Of a DNA stretch of 64,000 nt, positions 1 through 9,592 are shown piece by piece. This DNA is from Eledone cirrhosa. Lineage: Eukaryota. How positions within the stretch are numbered: the first letter of the stretch is position 1; every line of letters starts with the position of its first letter. Location: contig OZ024746.1 in assembly GCA_964016885.1 (NCBI GenBank), forward strand, positions 95,480,001-95,544,000, in the 5' to 3' direction. Position numbers and translations under genes: made by a program. The notes below the pieces were generated by a model, which was not told where the DNA came from, did not search any database, and saw nothing but the letters and a program-made list of their open reading frames with translations.

Positions 1-357
1 GAAAACTACACTTCAGTTACAATGGAGCAATATTTCAGAATTCTTAGGCATGGCTGTGTGGTTAAGAAGTTTGGCTGTTCTTTAACTCTTGATGTCCTGT
101 AATGTTTTAGCAGAAAATATCTAAAAACTGGTTTGCTTATTTAAATAATTATAGTGTCTTTACTGGTGGACAGATTGTTGTGAAACTTTGCAATATTAGG
201 GGAAATACTATAGATTTTAACATGATGAAGTCAAAAGTGCTGTTCTGTGCATGTTCTGTTTCAGTAATGTCCATGGGGTTCAGCACATTAAGAATTAAAC
301 CTTCAATCATGTTAGATTCTCATTTCTTTGTTGATTTTTTTTTTTAAATTATGGTAT

Positions 358-660
358 GCATAGCTCGGAGATCAGAGTCACTCCAGGTAGAGGCACTGCT
401 TCTCTGAATTGAGAGATCACAGTTCCAATACGACAACCATGTGGTTAGAATGACTCAGGAATGAATCACTGGACAGATTTTACAGGCAAAATCTATCAGC
501 AGAAGACCCAGGAGTAGACCCGAGCAAGATGGTTGGATAACATCGACGAGCTTGGCTAGACCTGCCTGGAGATCAAACCAGATCAGTTGGAGATGGTTGC
601 TTCTGACAGGGCCTGCTGGAAGGAGTGTTTGAGGACTCTGCCCCCACGACCCTCTCAGAA
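358..660 (+). mobile_element. RTE-clade (Expander/Rex3-like) LINE 3' fragment
   Basis: Degenerate C-terminus (RRPRSRP..W...DQLEMVASDR..W.ECLRTLPPRPSQ) shared with 21765-22090, 31965-32730 and 46975-47430. Confidence 0.8.
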
Positions 661-915
661 AGAAGAAGAAAGAAGAAAAAGAAGAAAAAGAAAAAGAAGA
701 AAAAAAAGGAGAAAAATAAGAAAATGAAGAAAAAAAGAAAAGGAAGAAAAAGAAAAGGAAGAAGAAAAATAAGAAAAATAAGAAAAATAAGAAGAAAAGA
801 AGAAAAGAAGAAAAATAAGAAAAAAAAGAAAAAAAAAAGAAAAAGAAAAAGAAAAAGAAAAAGAAAAAGAAAAAGAAAAAGAAAAAGAAAAAGAAAAAAA
901 ATGAAAAAAAGAAGA
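656..915 (+). repeat. Poly-purine (GAA/GAAAA-type) tract expanded from the LINE tail
   Basis: About 260 nt almost entirely A/G directly after the RTE 3' end. Confidence 0.9.
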
Positions 916-1040
916 GGCAGTGGCAGCAGCATCCAGTTTTGTCTGTTCTCAGTAGATTGACTACCATATTGTCATCACTCTAACACTTCTGTCATTCACA
1001 TGAGAAAAGAAATAGTATACTGTTTTTATTACAGATTTAA

Positions 1041-1507
1041 CCTTTTTGGTACCAACCTGCTTGGGATTGCCCCTGGTTTTATTATATAAATTTGCCTGTT
1101 TTAGAGTGTTTGCACATATATTAAAACATTCTATCATGTTTGTTTTAAAGTGTTTATATTTATCTAAAAACCTTCCATCCTAATTTTATGTGAGAACCTC
1201 TGTTGGGTTATGTTCCAAATACCAGCTTAACCCTTTAGCATTTACATTATTCTATATTTACTATTGAATTTTCACGGTAAAGACTTACCCTAACATAATA
1301 TCAAATTTATGAGATTTTGATACTATTTATTTTGAGAACAATACCTTAACATCAGTATGAGTGACTGGTTATGGCCAATTTCAACAGAAAGGTAAAAAAA
1401 TTCTGACCGGATACGGCTGGTTTAAATGCTAAATGGTTAAGATAGTTAACTTATTTAATTCCCTCTAAATTATCTATTATTTTCAAAATAATATGGTAAC
1501 AAAAAGG
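1041..1507. mobile_element. piggyBac-like MITE (family 2) with a family-1 MITE nested at 1231-1436
   Basis: Both are TTAA-flanked. Outer ends CCTTTTTG/CAAAAAGG; inner ends CCCTTTAGCATTTA/TAAATGCTAAATGG. Confidence 0.8.
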
Positions 1508-1695
1508 TTAATAGTCAGGAAAACTTTAGCTATTATGTTCAACAGTTAGTAACTATACCTAAAGGTACATTTCATTTTTTTATTTTTATTTCTTGCACAT
1601 CTCTGGAACTTCCTTCTAATTCATGTTTTCACCTACAGTACTTTCATAAGTTCTTTCATGCTGTCCTGACATACAGTGTGTCTTGGACATTTTAA

Positions 1696-1904
1696 CCCTT
1701 TAGTGTTCAAACCAGCCAGAAATCTCTACCTCTTTCTGTTGAAACTGGTTGTAACCGGTTGCTCAAACTGATGTTAACTGATGTTCTCAAAATAACTACT
1801 TTCAAAATCTCATAGATTCGATATTATGTGAGATAATTATGCGAGGTAAATCCTTTACCATGAAAATATAATAGTATATATAGAGTAATGTGAATGCTAA
1901 AGGG
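1696..1904. mobile_element. piggyBac-like MITE family 1 (~210 bp); further copies at 18986-19190, 30440-30649, 30996-31217, ~33935-34130, 34741-34935, 39424-39648, 48132-48336, 49372-49580
   Basis: TTAA target duplication, CCCTTTAG(CATTTA) terminal inverted repeats and shared internal sequence. Confidence 0.85.
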
Positions 1905-4630
1905 TTAAATATTAACTGTATTATCCTCTTACTCTGTCAACTATTTTGCTATCCAACCACCTAAAACCATCCCTGATTCTATGATACAAAAATGTTTATT
2001 TTAAAATCTTTACATTTATCTAAAAACTTTCCACCATAATTTTATGTAAGAATCTTTCTTAACTTATGTTCCAAAAACCAGATTTATAATGAAAAAATTA
2101 GTTTACTAAATCTCTCTGAATTCTTGATTATTTTCAACATAATTTGAAAAAAAAAATTATAGATAGTGTCTTTTATTAGAAATGTGGCAACAAAAGAGTT
2201 AACCTCGCCTTCTGTCAAGCTTCCTCTCTAGTATTAGAAGGTCTGAAAAGACAATAAATGCCGCACCTTCTCTTCAGACAAACTATTAAATCTTGTAATA
2301 ATAATCTATCAGACATTTTATTTTCAACAGAACAGGAATATATATTGAATATATATTCCTCTTACATTTCTGACACCATTCAAATATTTATCTCTCATCA
2401 AAATCTGAAGAACTAATATCAAACGCACCAACACTGATGAAGATGATACATTTCTTTTTATGAAAAGAAGCTTTTGAAATTTAAAAAAAAAAAAAAAGGA
2501 GTTGATTGAATCTAAACTAAACCAACCTTCATAACAAGGTCTCCCAATCTATTTTCAATATTTGTTTAACGAATGGTCACAAGTACATGGATTGGCTTCC
2601 CCAAAAAAAGAGTCAACTTTCAACATATAATGAACCACAATGGAAATTACAATACACACACTCCCTCTCCACACACACACACAGTCATATTTCTTGTGGC
2701 ATTCTATGCAAAATATCCCGCTTAACATTACATTTTAGTCATTCCTGCCATTGTTGCTACCTTCAATACTGCAATAATCTTTTTTACCACAAAAAATATA
2801 ATCACCAAGAAGACTGAATGATAAAAATGATAAAATAAACTTCTTTTCTTTCTTGATTACGATATTTCTTCTGAGCATAAAGTTATAGAGTTGTCCTCTC
2901 ACAAAATGCAGCATGGAGTGAAAATGAAGTGGTAGATGGCTGATTATTAGTGTTTGCAGGCCATACATACATCTTCTGAGAATGAAGAACATGTGTCTTT
3001 GTCAACACAGACTATGAAACTACAAATTCCTTGAAAATCCACCTAATACCATGTATTAGTTAGATTTATATATATAAACTAAAATGGGTTGTGGATGTAT
3101 TACACAATACAAAATATGTGAGAGATTAGATGCAAACAAACAAGTCAAAGGATTCAGACTGATACATTGTAAAAAAAAAAAAAGATACAAGACAGAACCA
3201 TACAAACATGTTTATCATCATGCAATTAAAAAAAAAACATCCTCATTTAAAACAAAACAAAAAAAAACACTGAGTTAAAAGCAAGCAATTCAAATTCAAA
3301 ACATCAAAATATAATTAAATTTAAGTCTGAAAAAAAAAATTACATTAGGAATACATTTAAGGCAGTAATAAACATGAGGTCAACAAATAAAGTGTGGAAT
3401 AACAGAATAACATAATAGATCATTCTAGGATTCTTGGAATAATATAAAGGATTTTTTCCTTCATTTTGATGTTCTTATTTACACCATTTCCCTCTTTCTT
3501 TGGAAGGAAAAATAAAGGATCTTTTTTCTGCTCTTCTGGAGAATTCAAATATTAAATATTCTAGTTAACATCAGTTTAATTTTGAAAACATTTCCTTTCT
3601 TTTGAATTATGTTAGCTTAAAGTTAATTGCTTCAACGCAACAGTCGAACATGTTGGGCATATAAGCTACTATTGGTGTAATGGTAGCGCAGCCATCCCGC
3701 TTATGGCATGTGTGAGTTCAAGTCCCACAGGTTATGTTATCCACTTTTTTTTCCATCTCTAGGGGGATTATATTCTCATCTTGTTCAACTCTATTTCATA
3801 ATCAGAAACCTGTGTTTCAAGCAGTTAACTTTAAGCTAATATACATTCAAAATTCATAATTTGCTCAATGCTTCATTAAAAATATGATTATTTATTTCCA
3901 TTATTTATTTCTCTTTTTGTAAAAATAAAAAAAAAATTTGTTTAATCTTCTTTCCTTGTGAATCCAGAAACAGCCTTATAGAAGAGTCTTAGTTTGAAAA
4001 GAATTTTTTTTTAATTAGCAGAAAATCTTATATAAAACATTGTACTGAAATAATGAGCCAAACATTTGCTTCTGAAACAAACCAAAGGCTAAGGTCCTCT
4101 CATCAAACACTATTAATAATAAACAACATATAAATACACATTTAAACCATTGCTAACACATAACTATGGAAATATGGAAAAGAAGACATAATATTATCTA
4201 ATAATGCTAACAATTGTCATGTTTGTTTTCCTTTGCAAATAATTATTAAATAACAGGTTTGGTTTAGTATTTTTTATCTTTTTTCTGTCAATAACAGATA
4301 TCATTTGATCAAATGAAACAATTGTTAATACTGTAAATAAACCCTTTTTGTACTGTTGACCATGTTATTCTTCACTCTTTCACTATTATTACTCCAAGAT
4401 TAACCTGCATAGGAATTCCCGATAACTCGCTACCTAACTAAGGAAACCTCTTGTTGAGTAAAAACATGTTGTACGTTAAAACTATCCACAATACAGAGTA
4501 CTCACAACCTCTTACTGGATTACCTATAACGATAATTTGTTATCCCATATATATATATATACATATAGGTATACATAGATTAAGTAGAATCGAAGTCAGT
4601 ATTGCAGTATATATGTACAAACTTTATCGG

Positions 4631-4915
4631 CATATTACAATTGTTTCCATATCAATCAGCTCAGGGTACAATCATAATTGTTTCTACTTTAGGGACAAGG
4701 CCAGCAATTACCCAGTGTATTACTGGTACTTTATTTTATCGACCCTGTAGGGATGAAAGGCAAAGTTAACCTTGGCGGGATTTGAACTCAGAATGGCAAG
4801 GGCCATAACTCTATGCTGCAAAGCATGGCGTCAGACACTCTACCGATACTGCCAATCCACCGGGTACAATCATAATGATGGAGGCCGATCCTTCTTCGAC
4901 ATCTCCTCAGATATG
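4631..4915 (-). ncRNA. Type-I hammerhead ribozyme motif interrupted by a SINE in stem II
   Basis: Minus strand reads catat-CTGAGGA-[long stem II region containing the SINE]-GAAAC-aatt-GTA-atatg. Confidence 0.6.
4679..4861 (-). mobile_element. tRNA-derived SINE with a 15-bp TSD; related copies ~9650-9828(-), ~10245-10430(-), ~24203-24400(+), ~26279-26450(+)
   Basis: A box (TGGCAGTATCGG) and B box (GAGTTCAAATCC), central CTTTCATCC..GGTCGATAAAATAAAGTACCAG domain, TSD GGGTACAATCATAAT at 4664-4678 and 4862-4876. Confidence 0.85.
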
Positions 4916-5308
4916 TGAGTTTATATGCACAAAGATACTTTTGATTCTACTTAATATATTTACACTCAGAACGCTACAGCCACCTTAACCCTGGAATACA
5001 ACCCAACAAGTGATAGACATTGGAAGCACATCGAATGCCTCAAACGCCATGCTGTCTGTAACTGTAGTTACAGACTTAACTAACACACACACACATATAT
5101 ATATATATACACACACAACCGTGTTTCTTTAGAAATACAAAATTATAATACATATCTGTATACAGCTATGCCTGAAGCTAAATCATAATTATATATATAT
5201 ATATTATATTATATGTAGGAGTTGTATTTAATTTGTTGGAATTCCGACAAATATAAATGTTTATAACTGATATAGAGCACTCAACAAGTTACTGGAGTAA
5301 ATATTCCA

Positions 5309-5642
5309 AGATAATAATAAATGGAAACTATATTTATAAAACCATATTTATTTTATTATATATATTTCAAGGGCGACCAAGCAAATCTTGGTGCGCTTTC
5401 ATCAGATAAAATACAAAATTTGTTTTATAAATAATGACATACCCATGGAAATCACACCTTAACGGACTATCCAGCGAATTTTGGACCGTTAAGGTGTGAT
5501 TTCCATGGGTATGTCATTATTTATAAAACAAATTTTGTATTTTATCTGATGAAAGCGTACCAAGATTTGCTTGGTCGCCCTTGAAATATATATAATAAAA
5601 TAAATATGGTTTTATAAATATAGTTTCCATTTATTATTATCT
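5309..5642. mobile_element. Fold-back palindrome (157-bp arms, 20-nt loop), Penelope inverted pseudo-LTR-like
   Basis: Arms are reverse complements with about 1 mismatch, and each arm carries a hammerhead motif. Confidence 0.8.
5538..5602 (+). ncRNA. Type-I hammerhead ribozyme motif; mirror copy at 5349-5413 on the minus strand
   Basis: tattttat-CTGATGA-aagcgtaccaag/cttggtcgccctt-GAAAT-atat-ATA-ataaaata; 8-bp stem I and palindromic minimal stem III. Confidence 0.75.
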
Positions 5643-6056
5643 CAGTAATGCACTGGGTTATTGCTGGCCTTGTGCCTAAAGTAGAAACAATTATTATCTT
5701 GGTATATATTATATTATTAATTTATGTTCATACATGGAACAAAAGTGCTCCCCAAGGTTTCATGGTCCAAATTTGACTGTACCTCCAGAAAACAAGATCG
5801 TGTGTGTGTGCATGTGTGTGTGTGTGTGTGTGTGTGTAGGCCTAGTGATAAGTGTTTTGGATTTACGATCATAATGACATGGGTTCGATTCTTGGGCTTG
5901 GTTGTGTGTTGTGTTCTTGAGCAAAACACTTCATTTCATGTTGCTCCAATGTACTCAGTTGAAAATGAGTACTGGCATCCTGTCCAGGGGAAAGTCTTAT
6001 ATTCTCAGTCACTTCATGCCATGGAAACGGGCATAAGCACCGGCCTGATCAACCTC

Positions 6057-6103
<47 letters not shown>

Positions 6104-6144
6104 AAATGAAAATCCGAAGGCAAGGTAAAATTCCAATCATTTAA

Positions 6145-6218
6145 TCACGACACATGTTTCAATAAGAGATAGATCGATTGTGAAGCCATGATCGATTATC
6201 ACTGATCTCATCAGGTGA
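6145..6218 (-). ncRNA. Type-I hammerhead ribozyme motif with canonical core
   Basis: Minus strand reads tcac-CTGATGA-[gatcag..gata-atcgat/atcgat-tatc..cttatt]-GAAAC-atgt-GTC-gtga; palindromic ACATGT stem III. Confidence 0.75.
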
Positions 6219-6358
6219 AAATGAATTGTCTTCAAATTCTTGATGTGAGGGAGAAAAAATAACGATGTTCTCTCACAGAATTCATTCCTTCATAACATTA
6301 TTGGACCATTTTACACAACCAATAATGCACCTTACTATATAACAACTATATATATATA

Positions 6359-6827
6359 TAGTGAAAGAATGAAGAGTAACATGGTTGGCTGTACAACAAG
6401 GGGCTTTATTTCAGGTATTGACAATTGTTTCATTGATCAGGTGAGTCTAGATGTCGCTAATCACTCAAAGTTGCGTCACTCAATCTCCATTACATTATTT
6501 ACCTCTCTGAGGAGTTGGTCAGAGGTAAATAATGTAATGGAGATCAAGTGACGCAACTTCAAGCGATTATCGATCTCTAGACTCACCTGATCAATGAAAC
6601 AATTGTCAATACCTGAAATAAAGCCCCTTGTTGTACACCCAACCATGTTACTCTTCATTCTTTCACTATTATTACTCCAAGTATAACCTACATAGGAATT
6701 ACCGCAAACTAGCTGCATAACTATGGAAACATCTTGTTGAATTAAACAAAGCCCTACGTTAAAACTATCCACGACGTAGAGTACTCACAACCTCTTACTG
6801 GATTACCTATAACGATAACTTGTTACC

Positions 6828-6830
<3 letters not shown>
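6359..6830. mobile_element. Penelope-like terminal remnant: hairpin 6359-6668 with a hammerhead core at 6507-6607; related copy ~4300-4550
   Basis: Inverted arms of about 148 bp; CTGAGGA-gttggtcag...ctgatcaat-GAAAC-aatt-GTC; flanked by (TA)n on both sides. Confidence 0.7.
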
Positions 6831-6862
<32 letters not shown>

Positions 6863-7130
6863 CTTAACTAGTAACATTTTGTATGTGTGTGTATATATAT
6901 ATGTAAGATAATTGATTTTAAATGGGAAAATAACAGATTAAGAGAAATATTATGTAAACAACAACTCTTATTTTGTACAGAACTAAATCATCCTGGTATT
7001 ATACAATGTATTATACAATGTTGAAATATGTCTTCAAGGAAAGCTAAAGAGAAATTGAATTGCATGAATACAAGACTAGTTGGGGAAGATAGAATATAAT
7101 CAGATGAGAGGAGACAGAAATTCTACTTAC

Positions 7131-7276
7131 TTGGTAGGGAGCTTATATAGGTAGCCTTTTCCCTCGTTATTCCAAATGACTACCTTATCAACAGATATGA
7201 AGTCACCACCAACCCAATGTTCTCCGTTGCGGTTGGACTCTGAACATAACAAGGTGAAATCACTAGCATCATAAAT
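7131..7276 (-). CDS. WDR7: WDR7 coding exon 7, IYDASDFTLLCSESNRNGEHWVGGDFISVDKVVIWNNEGKGYLYKLPT; the gene continues beyond the left edge
   Basis: CAG/GTAAGT boundaries; 146 nt, phase 0 to 2; resembles WDR7 VFDAGDYSLLCS...WTGGDFVSSDKVIIW...YKLP. Confidence 0.93.
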
Positions 7277-7436
7277 CTGGTGGAGAAGAGAAAAACAAAG
7301 AAAAGAGAAAAATTAAGAATCCTGTGTGTCACGAGACAAAAGAAAGTATAAATGATATTTAGATAGATGACCATTTCATTACTAACTAAAATAACTATAT
7401 AAGTGATTGGAAACATTGTTAAGTTGATCTTCATAC

Positions 7437-7518
<82 letters not shown>

Positions 7519-7651
7519 ATATGAGTTTGTGAATCTGTGTCCATGTGTATGCATGTAACTTTGTGTTTGTATGTATATTTATATATATAAAGGAAAATTA
7601 GGTTTTTTTTAAAATAAAAAATGAGATGTCCTACACCAGTGAAAGTATAAG

Positions 7652-7839
7652 GAAAAGAAATCGAAAATGCAACTGGGGTCTTTTTAAGAATATTTATTTG
7701 TTTCCTTTACCAGTTTCACAGTTCTTATGCTTTTCAAAAGTAGAATTCTACTTTTGAAAAGCATAAGAACTGTGAAACCGGTAAAGGAAACAAATAAATA
7801 TTCTTAAAAAGACTCCAGTTGCATTTTCAATTTCTTTTC
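7652..7839. repeat. Near-perfect palindrome centred on GAATTC carrying a variant hammerhead (U3-A8 core) on both strands
   Basis: 94-bp arms; ctt-TTGAAAA-gca..tgt-GAAAC-cg-GTA-aag at 7751-7786. Confidence 0.7.
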
Positions 7840-8039
7840 TTTTCCTTATATATATAATGACAATATATTATTATAAGTGACACCTATTTCAGCACACTAT
7901 ACTTTTATGAGAATTGGATATCCAGCGTTAAAAGTGTGTATTAATACTGATATCTGTTTGTTATTGGTGTAATATGCAGGGAGTTTATATTAAGAAAGCG
8001 TGATTGGTGTTCCAGTTTAACATATTTTATTTGTAATCA

Positions 8040-8127
8040 TGCATAACATGTTTCTCAAATGACCAGCTTGAAGCCTTAATCAATTAAATCAACTTCGAAT
8101 CCGGGATTGATTTGCTCATTAGATGCA
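8040..8127 (-). ncRNA. Degenerate hammerhead motif inside an imperfect inverted repeat (~8010-8250)
   Basis: tgcat-CTAATGA-gcaaat...atttga-GAAAC-at-GTT-atgca; core substitutions suggest it is inactive. Confidence 0.5.
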
Positions 8128-8274
8128 GTGGAAATCAGAATCAGAATATGTTCATCTCACACAGATGTAATTGATTATCTTCTGAAGCTGACCATTTGCA
8201 AAACATGTAACAAATGGGAGTATAAATTTAATATGTTAAACTGAAACTTCAAACTCTCTTTAGATAGCTAGCTA

Positions 8275-8600
8275 GGTATCTCAAGAGCTAGCTAGCTACC
8301 TATCTATCTATCCAAAGACCTAGCTAGCTACCTATCTATCTATCTATCCAAAGACCTAGCTAGCTACCTATCTATCTATCCAAAGACCTAGCTAGCTACC
8401 TATCTATCTATCTATCCAAAGACCTAGCTAGCTACCTATCTATCTATCCAAAGACCTAGCTAGCTACCTATCTATCTATCCAAAGACCTAGCTAGCTACC
8501 TATCTATCTATCTATCCAAAGACCTAGCTAGCTACCTATCTATCTATCCAAAGACCTAGCTAGCTACCTATCTATCTGTCTATCTAAAGAGCTAGCTAGC
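8275..8600. repeat. Compound minisatellite caaagacc(tagc)n(tatc)n with 33-37 bp units
   Basis: About 8 tandem units visible. Confidence 0.9.
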
Positions 8601-9087
8601 TGGATGAATGGATGGATGGACAAATAGATAGATAGATAGATAGATATATGCGTGTACATGTATATATGTACATCTGTGTGTATAAGACATATATATATGT
8701 ATATATCTGTATGTGTGTACCCCTGTGTGTGTGTGTGCACATGCAAGTATATGCATATGTTGAGGTAGCTATAAAATTATTCCCATAAAAAGGTTTACTG
8801 GGAGTATTTGAGTAGATACTCAATTGATTAGCATGAATCAGAGGTAAGAACACTAATACAAATATGTCATGTTGAAAACCATTATCATCACCATCTTTTA
8901 TGTCCATTTTTCCATGCTTGCATGGTTTGGTTGGGTCCAATCCAGTAGAACCTCCCACCACTCACAACCTCCCTTCATCAACTCCTCTGTGAGCTGTAAT
9001 AATATGAGCTCTAACCACCTCTGCCCAGGTTTTTCTTGGTCGTTCCCAACTACAGCTACCTTCCAGCTCCATATATATATATATATA

Positions 9088-9553
9088 TCATCATCATCAT
9101 CATCATCACCGTTTTACGTCCGTTCTTCCACGCTAGCATGGGTTAGACGGGTTGTCCTGTTGTGGGCAGTGTCTGGTCGGCTGACCATGCCTTGCTCATA
9201 CAGGAACTGATCTGGCTTGATTTCTACAGCTGGATGCCCTTCCTAACACCAACCTCATTTACAGTGAGTGCTGGGTGCTTTTTCGTGGCGCCTACACGTC
9301 CACTTTACAGTGTGGGCTGGGTGCTTTTTTGCCGTGGCACCTCCACGACCACCTTGCGGTGGGGGGGGGGGGGGGGGGGGGGCATATTGTTTATATGCTT
9401 CAGCATGTACCCATGGGAGGTCGGGTACCCTGTATTACTGCGTGACGCCAGAAGTCACGGTCGTGTGTCATTGACTTTGAGAGGTGTAGTTGGGTAAGGT
9501 CGGCTTTTATCACCTCATCCCAAGTCATCTTGGGTCTCCCCACTCCGCGGTTT

Positions 9554-9560
<7 letters not shown>
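9088..9560 (-). mobile_element. RTE-type LINE 3' end with (GAT)n tail; copies at 22735-23225 and 41935-42400
   Basis: Encodes DGNRGVGRPKMTWDEVIKADL...DRDxWR, followed by a shared 3' UTR. Confidence 0.85.

Positions 9561-9592
<32 letters not shown>

Noticed and set aside
455-967. Lys/Arg-rich (protamine-like) and Phe-rich ORFs
   Set aside because: Products of a low-complexity poly-purine tract at a LINE tail.
2204-2242. 39-nt AG/GT-bounded segment on the minus strand as a further WDR7 microexon
   Set aside because: It has a stop codon in the phase-2 frame required after exon 7, and its donor overlaps a MITE TTAA junction.
2735-2992. 85-aa ORF with an acceptor at ~2979 as the next WDR7 exon
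   Set aside because: No resemblance to the expected WDR7 continuation and no convincing in-phase donor.
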